A stretch of 64,000 nt of DNA from Comamonadaceae bacterium (GTDB taxonomy: Bacteria; Pseudomonadota; Gammaproteobacteria; Burkholderiales; Burkholderiaceae_C): NCBI GenBank assembly GCA_008080595.1, contig VIKI01000004.1, positions 30,212 through 94,211 of the forward strand. Direction: 5' to 3'. The notes under the pieces were generated by a model. It was not told where the DNA came from and made no database searches. It was given only the letters and a program-made list of their open reading frames with translations. Of the stretch, positions 36,424 through 45,997 are shown in pieces; position 1 is the stretch's first letter; the number at the start of each line of letters is the position of its first letter. The translations under genes were made by a program, and so were the position numbers.

Positions 36424-36776
36424 TCACTCGGCTGGACGACTCACAGCGGCTACCGGCCCGCCGGACTCCAGCACCCCAATGGCGTAGTTGGCCAGCGCCT
36501 GGTCGGCCCTGGGCGAATGGGCTCGGCCTTTGGCTTTGGTTTGGTAGGCCTCGGTGGCTTCCTTGCCGCACCAGGGCAGGATGATGCTGGGTGGGGTCGG
36601 GTGCTCGGGCAGGTAGGCGCTCAGGTCGTACACCGCACTTCGGCCAGAGCAATACCGTGGGGTTTTTCTGGCATGGACTGCCGGGGTGCTGGCGGTGTCA
36701 GCCAGGCCACAAGCGCCAGCGCGATCAGCGCCAGCCAGAAAAGGCCAGTCCCGATGAAGAAGAGTTTGCGCATCAT
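36424..36776 (-). pseudogene. Membrane-anchored cytochrome b5-domain protein with internal deletion/frameshift near 36635
   Basis: MMRKLFFIG...IALAEV, then out of frame VYDLSAYLPEHP...WCGKEATEAY...HS; the b5 HxxxxDCW segment is absent. Confidence 0.78.
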
Positions 36777-38035
36777 CGAAAGTCAAACCGTTCAAAGTGA
36801 ATGTGTGGCGTGGGCACACCACGCTGGCGCAACACGGCCACCGCCGCGTTGATCAGACCAGCCGGGCCACACAGGTAGCAGTGGCAATGCTTCAAGTCTT
36901 CGGTGCTGGGCAACAAGGCAGGCAAATCAGGCAGGCCCTTGTCACTCGCCACCAGCTGCAGGCTGAGTTGGGGCTGATGACTGGCCAGTTCGCCCAGCTC
37001 ATACCGGTAAGCAGCGTCAGCCTGGTTGCGGTACAGGTACATCAGCCGCACCGCCTGGGTCAATGGGCCGCTGCGCAATCTGGCCAGAAAGGGCGTGATG
37101 CCAATACCTCCGGCCAGCCATAGGCTCGGGCCATCGACGCTGGCGCACATGAACTCGCCAAATGGCCCCTGTAGCCGCACAGCAGTACCCGGCGCAACAG
37201 CTTGAATATGCCGGGTGCAATCACCCAGTGCCTTGATGCCCAGCGACACATGGCCGTCCGGGGCGATGGCACTCAGGGTATAGGGGTGGTATTCGCCACA
37301 GCCCTGAAAACCGGGGCCCCTGAAAAACGCCACCACCACAAACTGCCCCGGCTGCGCGGTGATAGACCGGGCCAGCGGCCGCAACGACACTTCGACCAGG
37401 TCTTGCGTCTGGCGTGTCACCTGGTTGACCACATAGGGTTGGGCCGCCAGCCCGCAATCGGCGCGCAACAAGCGCCACAGCAAGAAAAACAGGGCCAGCA
37501 GCGGGGCCAGGATGAGGGGGGCCTCCAAACCCAGCAGCACCAGATGGGCACCACCCAGCAGCACCGAGAGTGTCAGCACATGGTGCAGCTTGCGCCAGCT
37601 GGCATAGGCCAGCCTGGGCGACAGCGACAGCATCAAACCCGCCATCATGCCCACCAGCGAGCCCCAGCCCAACCACACCGGCCAGCTTTGCTGCCAGGGG
37701 TCAAGGGCGGACCAGGCCTGCGCGGCAGACTCCTGCCACGCATCAGCCGCCAGGGCCAGCGGATGCAGCAGCAAAAACAGGTACGCCCCGATGCCCAGGC
37801 GGTGATGCCAGAGGTACATCGGCTCCAGGCCACCGAGTCTGGCGGCCAGCCAGGGCTCACGGATCATGAGCAACAAGCTGGCCAGCAGCAGGCCGGAGCC
37901 GATCCAGCCCGTCACGATGGCCATGCTGCGCCAGAAGCTGAGGTCCTGCGGAAAAGCCCAACCCACCAGTGTGCCCACCAGTGCCACCGTGATCAGGTGG
38001 ATCGGTTGGGTGCGCAGCAAACGAAAGGCCGTCAT
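36773..38035 (-). CDS. Ferric reductase-like transmembrane + FAD/NAD-binding oxidoreductase
   Basis: TM His motifs WHHRLG and WRKLHH, YHPYTLS, AGGIGITPF, CGP, ERFDFR. Confidence 0.88.
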   Translation of the reverse strand: MTAFRLLRTQPIHLITVALVGTLVGWAFPQDLSFWRSMAIVTGWIGSGLLLASLLLMIREPWLAARLGGLEPMYLWHHRLGIGAYLFLLLHPLALAADAWQESAAQAWSALDPWQQSWPVWLGWGSLVGMMAGLMLSLSPRLAYASWRKLHHVLTLSVLLGGAHLVLLGLEAPLILAPLLALFFLLWRLLRADCGLAAQPYVVNQVTRQTQDLVEVSLRPLARSITAQPGQFVVVAFFRGPGFQGCGEYHPYTLSAIAPDGHVSLGIKALGDCTRHIQAVAPGTAVRLQGPFGEFMCASVDGPSLWLAGGIGITPFLARLRSGPLTQAVRLMYLYRNQADAAYRYELGELASHQPQLSLQLVASDKGLPDLPALLPSTEDLKHCHCYLCGPAGLINAAVAVLRQRGVPTPHIHFERFDFR

Positions 38036-38053
38036 GCTTGTCTTGCCGGAGGG

Positions 38054-38335
38054 TTATTGGCGCGCTTTGTCAGCCGACCAATGTGCGCAGAAATCGCGGC
38101 GATTCAGGCGCAACGGCTGCCCCTGCGCCTGGGCACGTGCCAGCATCCGTTGGTGGTGTTCGGCCTGGTAGGCCCGGCAGGCTTCCAGGGTCTTGAGGCT
38201 GCGGAGTTGGCTCTGGTGCTCAAGGCGCTCCTGCGGTGACATGAGATGCCAGCCGCTGGTATCGCCTTCGCTGGCACGCAAGGGGCCACGCGCCAACACT
38301 GGGGCACTCATCACCAACAGCCACACCACCATCAA
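38054..38335 (-). CDS. Small exported hypothetical protein
   Basis: Signal-like N-terminus, GWHLMSPQERLEH...C...C; co-directional with the reductase; start uncertain. Confidence 0.65.
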   Translation of the reverse strand: MMVVWLLVMSAPVLARGPLRASEGDTSGWHLMSPQERLEHQSQLRSLKTLEACRAYQAEHHQRMLARAQAQGQPLRLNRRDFCAHWSADKARQ

Positions 38336-38531
38336 ACACCGTGCGGATTCTTTCCGGATGTTTCAACGATTGTGCGGCGAACGGTTCGCCACGAACCACG
38401 AATGCATCAACTTTGTGTGCATCATGCCGGGGCCCCAGCGGCCCCTGGCAATCCAAGGAAAAGACACGGTCTACTTCACCACAACCGCCGTGCTGTCCGT
38501 GGAGGTCAGGCCCGCTCCCGGCGTATGAATG

Positions 38532-38587
38532 CCGCGTTGTTTTGTAGCTGCTTGTGCTTGTTCTGAATGCGCTGTTTGCGGGTTCAC
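38532..38587 (+). repeat. Element R7
   Basis: CCGCG-TTGTTTT-GTAGC-TGCTT-GTGCTT-GTTCTGA-ATGCGC-TGTTTGCG. Confidence 0.75.
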
Positions 38588-38666
38588 TGCCACCGTTCGC
38601 AGCTTGCGGTGCTCCTGCAAGGCCAGGATAAGCTAACTATGGGCTTGTTCGCTTATCCGCGCTGGA

Positions 38667-38915
38667 TCATTGCTTGGTGGCCGCAGCTTTTTTATCTGCT
38701 GCCGCTTTGCGCTTGTCGGTCACGAGTTTGACGCATTGGGCGATTTCCTTCTTGTCTCCATCAAGCACTTCTTCACAGCATGTTTTTATGTTTCTTTTGT
38801 CCTTGTAGCACTGTTTGGCTGCATAGTCTGGATCAGCCGAATCAGCCAAAGACAGCTGTGCGAAGGTGGTCAGTGACAAGCCCAAAATGGCCGCAGTGAC
38901 GAATTTTCCAGTCAT
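38667..38915 (-). CDS. Small secreted Cys/Lys-rich hypothetical protein (82 aa)
   Basis: AAAGGAG RBS, signal peptide ending SLA, four Cys. Confidence 0.7.
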   Translation of the reverse strand: MTGKFVTAAILGLSLTTFAQLSLADSADPDYAAKQCYKDKRNIKTCCEEVLDGDKKEIAQCVKLVTDKRKAAADKKAAATKQ

Positions 38916-39076
38916 TTGAATACTCCTTTTAAAAACTACTGTTTGGTCAATGTCCACGTAGAGGTGATGGCAGTACGTGCATCGCCATCGCGAGCGTGTC
39001 GCCAGGAATGATGTGCCGTCGGGTCGCCACTGGTTGACCGCGTGCGCCGTACATCAGTGATTCAAATCCGAAGTGG

Positions 39077-42000
39077 TTACGATTTTGTGTTGGCGGTGGG
39101 TGTTGAGTTGGCGACTGGCTGCAGATTCCAGATTTCGACACAGTTGCTTGCCAAATTACAGCTTCTGTTGCTGGTCGTCAGTCTGTAATCGACACCCAAG
39201 TTAACAGTGTCGCTGCCAGAGATACCGCTCATTGCCCCGGTGAGTTTGACAGTTTGCTGATCCGCAATTTGCTGGGTTTTCTTATCTGTTTTGGTCCACA
39301 CACCTTGGACTGGCAGACTTACAAAATCAACCGAACCGCGCATGGTCGCTGGTAATGCGGTTGGCACAGTACCGCCGGCAGTTCCGATTTGACCAAAGTG
39401 CCCATATTGATAACCAGAAGCAAAGGCTGGATTTTGCGTTGGCGATGCCGTGTTGATGCCAGACAGCTCGTAGTCGTAGTTGGTGTCAAACCATTTTCCG
39501 GACATGGTTGACGTGCAGTTGTCGGTCAATTCAACCCAGTTCAGGAAACTGAGTTTGGCAGCCGACTTCAGATCATTGCGGCTGAAATTGACACTGCCGG
39601 TGGTGCGTACCGGGCAGGAAATATCAACCTTGCCATTCGGGTAGGCATTAGGCACAAAAGACTGCGTGATGGTTCCAGCCCATTGGGTAAGTGGCACCGG
39701 AAAACTTTGCAAGCCTTGGGTTTCAACGACCATAGGCCCGGCCAGGTTGGCAATGGATGCCGTGTTGATTTTGACTTCCCAGGGCAACCAGCTCCCTGGC
39801 ACCGCAGTCTGTTCCAAACCGTTGATAAAAATCTTTCCGGGTGTCTTTCCGAAGCTGTTGTCGTGGGCACTTACCGTGAGGGTGTAGACGTTGGTGCCTT
39901 GTGATGTCACGGTATTGGGTGGGTCGACATGAATGCCCGAAATGCTGGGCAACAGCGTCGCGTTGATCCCGGTACCCTGGACTACTAATTTCGCGGGTGA
40001 CGCAGGCGCTTCGTTGGGAGAAAAAACAGAGGTGTCGGTGGTTATTTTCAGCGTGTCGCGCATGTAATTAAAAATCGACGTGGCAGGCATGGGGCGTGCC
40101 GGTGGTGTCATGCTCAAGCTGTCACCGCGTCCCAGGGCGTAGTCATAAAACTTGGCTGCAGTTGTCGCGGCCCAATCTGCGCCAACTTCCTCATCAAAAC
40201 CAATCAAATTGACGGCATGGTTGGCGGTCTTGCTCTGCAGGGTAGACAGAAAGTTGAGCCAATTCATGCCGTCTTTGTAGAGCTCGCAGGCATCCACGTA
40301 GACCCAGGCATCTGCCGCAAAAGTCCAGTGCCTACGGATAAAATTTTTGCTAATGGCCCAATAGACATAGCCACCTTTTACCTGCGTTAATCGCAGATCG
40401 CCCTTATCCCAGAGACGCCCTAGTTCTGTCTTGACCATCTCGCTGTAGGGCGGTGTCTCTTTACCCATGAAGTGGTCGGCAGTGGCAAGGTAATAGCTTG
40501 GGTTTCCCCAGTGATCGGCTGAGTTGAAGCCATGGGTATCCAGGTGCAGCACAGAGACATCCTTCATGTCCGCCATGAGGTCGGCAACGAAGCTAAAAGA
40601 AATGCCTGCTTTGTACCCGGCCTGTTGAAGCCAGCCTGTCAATTGCGTAGGAAAGCCACGGCCCAGGCCATCGACATCCACCATCACAGCGCGTTTTTGG
40701 GTTGGACTAGGGCCACTTGCCGGTGCAATGGCCGCTACAGTTTTTGTCGTCAGGCTGGCCGTTGTGGATGTCGCTGTAGCCTTCAACGCAGTTGCCGGCG
40801 GGGTGGTCATCAGCCACGAGGTACCACGGCCGTCCTTGAAGCGCGCCCACACCGTGGAGTTGGAGCCAATGCCTGCGTCGGCAAATTCTGGCAGTGTGGG
40901 TATAAATGCCACCAGCTCAGCGCTGTCAGTGGCGACATTGCCCGTCGCCACCTGAGTCAAATGGTTACTGACTTTGGCCATGGCGGCCAGGCGTTCATCA
41001 AACGTCATGGAGACTGGCATGCCGCTCATATTCTTTGCAACAGCGAACATTGGACTGATGATTTCAAAGGTCAATGTCTGGGTGTTGGATGCGCCGTCTT
41101 TGTCGCTGGCCGTGATCTGGACACTGTAAGCCCCCCCCATCATGGCCGTCGGACTGGTGGCAGATGGCGTACCAGAAATCACACCGGTGCTGGCATCCAG
41201 CAGGATGCCCTCTGGCAGCGCACCATCGGTAATGGTGTAAGTCAGTATCGGGTCACCATCGGTCGCCGCCACATAGTTGGCCAGGCTCAGGTTGGCAATC
41301 GGTGTGCCAACCGCGCTCTCGATGTCTGGCAGCTCAGCCAGTATGGGCGGTATGGCTGTGGCAGCTGATGACACAGTAAACGCAATGGTCTTGGATACCG
41401 AGCTGCCATCTTTGTCGATCGCATTGACGGATGCACTGTAAGTGCCAGCTGCAGTGGGTATACCATCAATGATGCCCGTCAAAAGGTTCAGCCCCAAGCC
41501 GGGTGGCAAGCTGCCAGCCGAAAGCGTAAATCCCATGGGGTCACCGTTTGTCTGCGTGGCAAAGCCGGTCAGTCGCAGTGGTTCGCTCGCTGTACCTACC
41601 GTTGCGACTTGCGCCGGAATATCACTCATGAGCGGTGGCGATGTGGTGCTGACGGGCGTAGGCCGATTGATCCAGATGCCTTGGTTTGCCGCAATTGGCG
41701 TGGTACCAAAGTCCAGGTAATTGCGGCTGGTGATGTAACTGGCGAGACCACCACTGGATGCCAGGCTGGGCGCATAAAACAACCAGTTGTTCAGTGCGCT
41801 GTCCCAGGCCCACAGCGTGGTGACATTGCCCAGCAGCGATGTCAGAGCGGGGGCCGACAAGCCATCCGAAGTTGACGACAAATTCCACCCGGAAGTCAAA
41901 TTGGCAGCAGACAGCGAAAAGCCGATGCCGGACTGGCTGCCCAGGTCCAGTGGCAGTGCCGAGCTGTTGTTGACCCAGTAGCCTTCTCCAGGCTGAATGG

Positions 42001-42322
42001 TTGTCAGAACGCCATAACCTTTGCCAGCGGCATAAGTACTTAAGGTGCCGGCACTTTCCAGCGAGGGGGCGTAAAACGCCCAACTGCTTGTGCGGGCATT
42101 CCAGGTCCAGACTGAAGTGACACCTGGCTGGGCACCAAAAGTCTGTTTAACGTCGATGGGTGTGGTCAAACTATTGCCAAGCAGAGTCCATCCCTTGGCC
42201 AGGGTGAGCGGGTAAGACACCGGTGCAGCGCAGGCATTGGAGCCCCATGTCAACGCGGCGCAAAGCAGGCCACAAGCAATCACTGGATATACAGTGAGTT
42301 TGAATCGGATAGCTTTTACCAT
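39077..42322 (-). CDS. Large secreted protein: duplicated Trp-rich N-terminal domain, two putative Ig (He_PIG-like) domains, clan-CD-like peptidase motif region
   Basis: Signal peptide; GW...W.W...W.FYAP twice; LPPGL...GIIDGIP and LPEGI...GVISGTP; VLHLDTHG...VYVDAC. Confidence 0.8.
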   Translation of the reverse strand: MVKAIRFKLTVYPVIACGLLCAALTWGSNACAAPVSYPLTLAKGWTLLGNSLTTPIDVKQTFGAQPGVTSVWTWNARTSSWAFYAPSLESAGTLSTYAAGKGYGVLTTIQPGEGYWVNNSSALPLDLGSQSGIGFSLSAANLTSGWNLSSTSDGLSAPALTSLLGNVTTLWAWDSALNNWLFYAPSLASSGGLASYITSRNYLDFGTTPIAANQGIWINRPTPVSTTSPPLMSDIPAQVATVGTASEPLRLTGFATQTNGDPMGFTLSAGSLPPGLGLNLLTGIIDGIPTAAGTYSASVNAIDKDGSSVSKTIAFTVSSAATAIPPILAELPDIESAVGTPIANLSLANYVAATDGDPILTYTITDGALPEGILLDASTGVISGTPSATSPTAMMGGAYSVQITASDKDGASNTQTLTFEIISPMFAVAKNMSGMPVSMTFDERLAAMAKVSNHLTQVATGNVATDSAELVAFIPTLPEFADAGIGSNSTVWARFKDGRGTSWLMTTPPATALKATATSTTASLTTKTVAAIAPASGPSPTQKRAVMVDVDGLGRGFPTQLTGWLQQAGYKAGISFSFVADLMADMKDVSVLHLDTHGFNSADHWGNPSYYLATADHFMGKETPPYSEMVKTELGRLWDKGDLRLTQVKGGYVYWAISKNFIRRHWTFAADAWVYVDACELYKDGMNWLNFLSTLQSKTANHAVNLIGFDEEVGADWAATTAAKFYDYALGRGDSLSMTPPARPMPATSIFNYMRDTLKITTDTSVFSPNEAPASPAKLVVQGTGINATLLPSISGIHVDPPNTVTSQGTNVYTLTVSAHDNSFGKTPGKIFINGLEQTAVPGSWLPWEVKINTASIANLAGPMVVETQGLQSFPVPLTQWAGTITQSFVPNAYPNGKVDISCPVRTTGSVNFSRNDLKSAAKLSFLNWVELTDNCTSTMSGKWFDTNYDYELSGINTASPTQNPAFASGYQYGHFGQIGTAGGTVPTALPATMRGSVDFVSLPVQGVWTKTDKKTQQIADQQTVKLTGAMSGISGSDTVNLGVDYRLTTSNRSCNLASNCVEIWNLQPVANSTPTANTKS

Positions 42323-42549
42323 TTCTTCTCCTTATTGTGATGCTGAGACTGTCATGCAACTTTGCACCCGTTTCTGGATAGGGGGATGCAAGTTGTCTCA
42401 GTAAGGAAGGGAATCCCGCCCGCCCCGCACATAGTTGGTCATGTCAAGAAATGATGGTAGGCGGCATGGCCTGTTTCTCCTATAGTCCATTCAGACTAGC
42501 TCGCAATAAATGCTTGCAATGGGGACGCACTCAGGAGTAAGTTCGCTGC

Positions 42550-43167
42550 ATGTTGAACGCCAAAATTTTGCTGATTGACGACCATGCCATGTTTCGCACC
42601 GGGCTGCGCATGGTGTTGAATTCGGGCTTGCCCGATGCACAGATCGTTGAAGCGGGTTCGCTCAACCACGCCCTGCATCACGCACCTGAGATGCCGGACA
42701 TCGTTCTGTTGGACATCAAGATGCCAGGGCTGAGTGGGGTCGAAGGAATCGCTTTGCTCAAGCGCAAATGGCCGCAAGTTCCAGTGCTGATGCTGTCATC
42801 TCAGGACGAGCCAGAAACGGTGCACCTTGCAATGACCAGGGGTGCGGCAGGCTTCATTTCAAAGGTCGATACCGCCGACCACATCGTCGAAGTCGTTGTG
42901 CGCATCCTGCAGGGTGAATTCACCGAGCCCTTGGTTCAAGCGTTACATCACGAAAATCTGGTCGATACACCGACGCATTTGACTCCACGCCAATGCGAAG
43001 TGCTCGAGTTGTTGAATACCGGCATGTCGAACAAACTGATCGCCAAGCATCTATCGCTTTCTGAAAATACCGTGCGTGTGCATGTGCAAGGAATACTGGA
43101 GTTTTTGCAGGTGTCTGGCCGTTCCGAAGCTGTTTTTGTCGCACGCCAACGCGGCCTGCTGGGTTGA
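42550..43167 (+). CDS. NarL/LuxR-family response regulator
   Basis: IDDH receiver, LTPRQCEVL...SNKLIA...TVRVHV. Confidence 0.92.
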   Translation: MLNAKILLIDDHAMFRTGLRMVLNSGLPDAQIVEAGSLNHALHHAPEMPDIVLLDIKMPGLSGVEGIALLKRKWPQVPVLMLSSQDEPETVHLAMTRGAAGFISKVDTADHIVEVVVRILQGEFTEPLVQALHHENLVDTPTHLTPRQCEVLELLNTGMSNKLIAKHLSLSENTVRVHVQGILEFLQVSGRSEAVFVARQRGLLG

Positions 43168-43197
43168 TGAGGGGTACACGTTCTGAAGCTGACACAC

Positions 43198-44999
43198 TTG
43201 CTGCAGTTGGATGAGGATCGCTTTCTGGTCGAGCAGTTGCGATTGATCTTGGGTAACGTGGCCCGCACCGTCATCCCGGTCATTTCGCTGGCGATATTGT
43301 TGTGTGTTTTCCTGTCCAACGACAGCAATGCATGGGCGCTGAGGCTGTGGACTGTAGCGGCCATTGCATCCAATCTGAATGGCTACTTCTACACGCGGCG
43401 CCAAGTCCTTGGTGGCATTCCATCCGAACGGGCGCATCACATCGTCTGGATGCTGATGCTCCTGACGGCCATTGATGGTGCACTCTGGGCGGCATTGCCC
43501 TGGATCACCTTGGATACCGCCAGCCCGGCTGGCAGTATTCTGGTGGTTTCGGTCATTGCAGGCATGGCAGCCGGTGCCATGGCGACACAGTCTCAGGTGC
43601 TGGTCGTGTTCATTGCCTGTGTGATCCCGGAGATCGGCATTTCTGCCATGAAGGTTTGGCTTCGCTTCTCGGTGGTAGCCAATACCAGGCGCTGGCAATA
43701 GCCGCAGCGCTGTACCTTGCCGCTTTGCTGGGTCAGGCTCGCAACACGGCACAAGCCACACGTGCTGCCATACAACTGCGTTTTGACAACACCGAGTTGC
43801 TGGAACAACTGCGCTTCAAGACAGCGGTGGCCGAATCAGCACGACTTGAAGCCGAAGCTGCCAACAGTGCCAAATCAAAATTCCTCGCAGCCGCCAGTCA
43901 CGATTTGCGCCAACCGATCCATGCCCAGGGGCTATTTCTGGCCGTTCTTGCTCGCACGGAACTGACACCCCACCAGCAGGTGCTGCTCTCCAATGCACGC
44001 GCTGCGTCTGCCGACTCGAGGGACATGCTCAACAAGCTGCTGGATTTTTCGCGCATTGAAGCCGGTGTGATTGAGCCCAATCTGCAACCGGTTGGTTTGC
44101 AGTCACTGCTGCACAAGATTGAACGCGACCTTGCACCCCAGGCCAACGAAAAAGACCTGGTCTATCGCTCGCGTGAAACGCATCTATCGGTTCGCTCTGA
44201 TCCGGTGCTGTTGGAATTGATTTTGCGCAATCTGGTGTCCAACGCCATCCGTTACACCGAGCGCGGCGGAATTTTGGTGGCATGCAGACAACGCGGCGAT
44301 CAGGTGGTGCTGGAGGTCTGGGACACCGGCATGGGCATTGCCATCGAACAACAGCAAGCCATCTTTCGGGAATTTCACCAGTTGGGCAATCCGGAACGTG
44401 ATCGCAGCAAGGGACTGGGTCTTGGTTTGGCCATCGCGGAGCGACTGACGCAGAGCCTTGGACATCGCTTGTCGCTGGTGTCCACACCGCAACGTGGCAG
44501 CGTGTTTCGACTTGCCTTGCCTCTTGTGGATAGTACCCTGTCAAATCAACTGGAGCCCACGGCGCACATTCCGGTGCGCTTGCTGAACGCGCGGGTTCTG
44601 GTGGTGGACGATGATGCAGCGGTATGTTTCGGCATGCTCCATTTGCTGCGTGATTGGGGTTGCATCTGCGTCGCGGCGCAGTCCATTGAGGAAGCTCTGG
44701 TCATTGCCAATGAGCAAGCGCTTGACCTGCTCATTTGCGACTATCGCCTGCGCGGACACCGTACCGGTTCGGAATGTATCGTCGCTTTGCGAGCCCTGCT
44801 CGGGCAGGACAAGCCCGCACTGCTCGTCACCGGCGACACCGCACCCGAGCGCCTGCGCGAGGCGCAAGGCAGTGGCATACCGCTGTTGCACAAACCTGTT
44901 TCCCCTGGCCAGTTGTACCGGCGCTTGGTTGAGATACTTGAAGCCACGGCACTTGCCCCCGAAAGGGCACCCTCAGCTCCAGTTGCAACGCCCCACTAG
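43198..44999 (+). pseudogene. Membrane hybrid sensor kinase split by a 5-bp duplication
   Basis: GCTTC-GCTTC at 43659-43668; removing one copy gives continuous KVWLLGGSQYQ, joining the TM part to SHDLRQP/HATPase/receiver. Confidence 0.85.
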
Positions 45000-45126
45000 G
45001 CGCAGGTTGAGGTGCGTTACAGCTCGGATGTGCTGGCCGCTTTTCGCTCACGGGCGCAGGCTGGCAGACGTACCGAATCGCGGCTGGTGCCGCTCCTGCA
45101 AATGCCATCTCAGACATCTAAAAAAT

Positions 45127-45182
45127 AATATGATTTTGCTAGCTTGTTGCGCTTAACTGACAAGGCCTACAGGCTAATTCAA
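45127..45182 (+). repeat. Element R8
   Basis: AATAT-GATTTTG-CTAGC-TTGTT-GCGCTT-AACTGAC-AAGGCC-TACAGGCT-AATTC. Confidence 0.8.
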
Positions 45183-45549
45183 TACCGGCAGTACGGCCGT
45201 GCCGTTCACCATGAGCTCTGGCGGGGTCACGTCCAAAGGTGAACTGACATTTGGCTCCTGTATTTTCACGATCACTGAATGGCCTGTAGGTGCTAAGCTG
45301 ACCCCTCCACGGGTCTACACCATTCCCACGGAAAAATGCAAGATGACGGTGAATACCACCAATGCCAAGGCCGATGGCTCCACGGCTAACCGGGATGTCA
45401 CCTTAACGATTGGGCGGGAGTTAGGCAATCCGTTTCCATACCCGATCACAGTTGCCGCAGATGGGACTATCCGCGTAGTGGCCAATGGTAAGTCCTTCGC
45501 TACGCCACTTAAAGGTACCGTTGTTCAGATCACCGGCGCTGGCAACTGA
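45178..45549 (+). pseudogene. Probable 5'-truncated fragment of a beta-rich, Thr/Gly-rich exported protein gene
   Basis: Frame opens at the tail of R8 (FNTGSTAVPFTMSSGG...TFGSCIF); no RBS or signal peptide. Confidence 0.55.
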
Positions 45550-45658
45550 TCAAGCCACCTCCTGAACGGTCAAGGCAGCATCTGCACTTTGACCGTGACG
45601 CGCTGCCCTGAAGGCCAGACCTGCCAGGGCATCGCCACCCCTCTCCCACTCCACCCTC

Positions 45659-45790
45659 TCACGCCGCCCAGTGCCCGAGCGTGAACGCCTCCTCCAACAC
45701 CGAGTAGCCCGCCCAGTCACTGTGGGCAAAGTTCAGGCGCTCATGGGTGATTTGGAAGCACTCTTATTTTTGTAGCTGCTTGCGCTTATT
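45659..45790 (-). repeat. Diverged duplicate of the 3' end of the FAD oxidoreductase gene (direct repeat of 47447-47578)
   Basis: 132 bp, 10 mismatches by manual count; encodes ...FAHSDWAGYSVLEEAFTLGHWAA*. Confidence 0.95.
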
Positions 45791-45815
45791 AGACAAGCGC
45801 CAGAGGTCCATTTGA
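45760..45815 (+). repeat. Element R9
   Basis: ACTCT-TATTTTT-GTAGC-TGCTT-GCGCTT-ATTAGAC-AAGCGC-CAGAGGTC-CATTTG. Confidence 0.9.
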
Positions 45816-45941
45816 ACATCAACATGAGACTCGAAATCAACTGTGGCTTGCGCGTCTTGAGTCTGATCTCAAGGCCATCCCATAAACTCTGTGGGTCTGG
45901 CACCTGGATGTGAACCCGCTGTCCTTTTAACGCCCAAATTC

Positions 45942-45997
45942 ACGATGAAAACAGTAGCTGCTTGCGCAAGTGCAGCCTTGGCTGGAGACGAAAAATG
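45942..45997 (+). repeat. Element R10, abutting the AlbA_2 gene start
   Basis: ACGAT-GAAAACA-GTAGC-TGCTT-GCGCAA-GTGCAGC-CTTGGC-TGGAGACG-AAAAATG. Confidence 0.75.
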
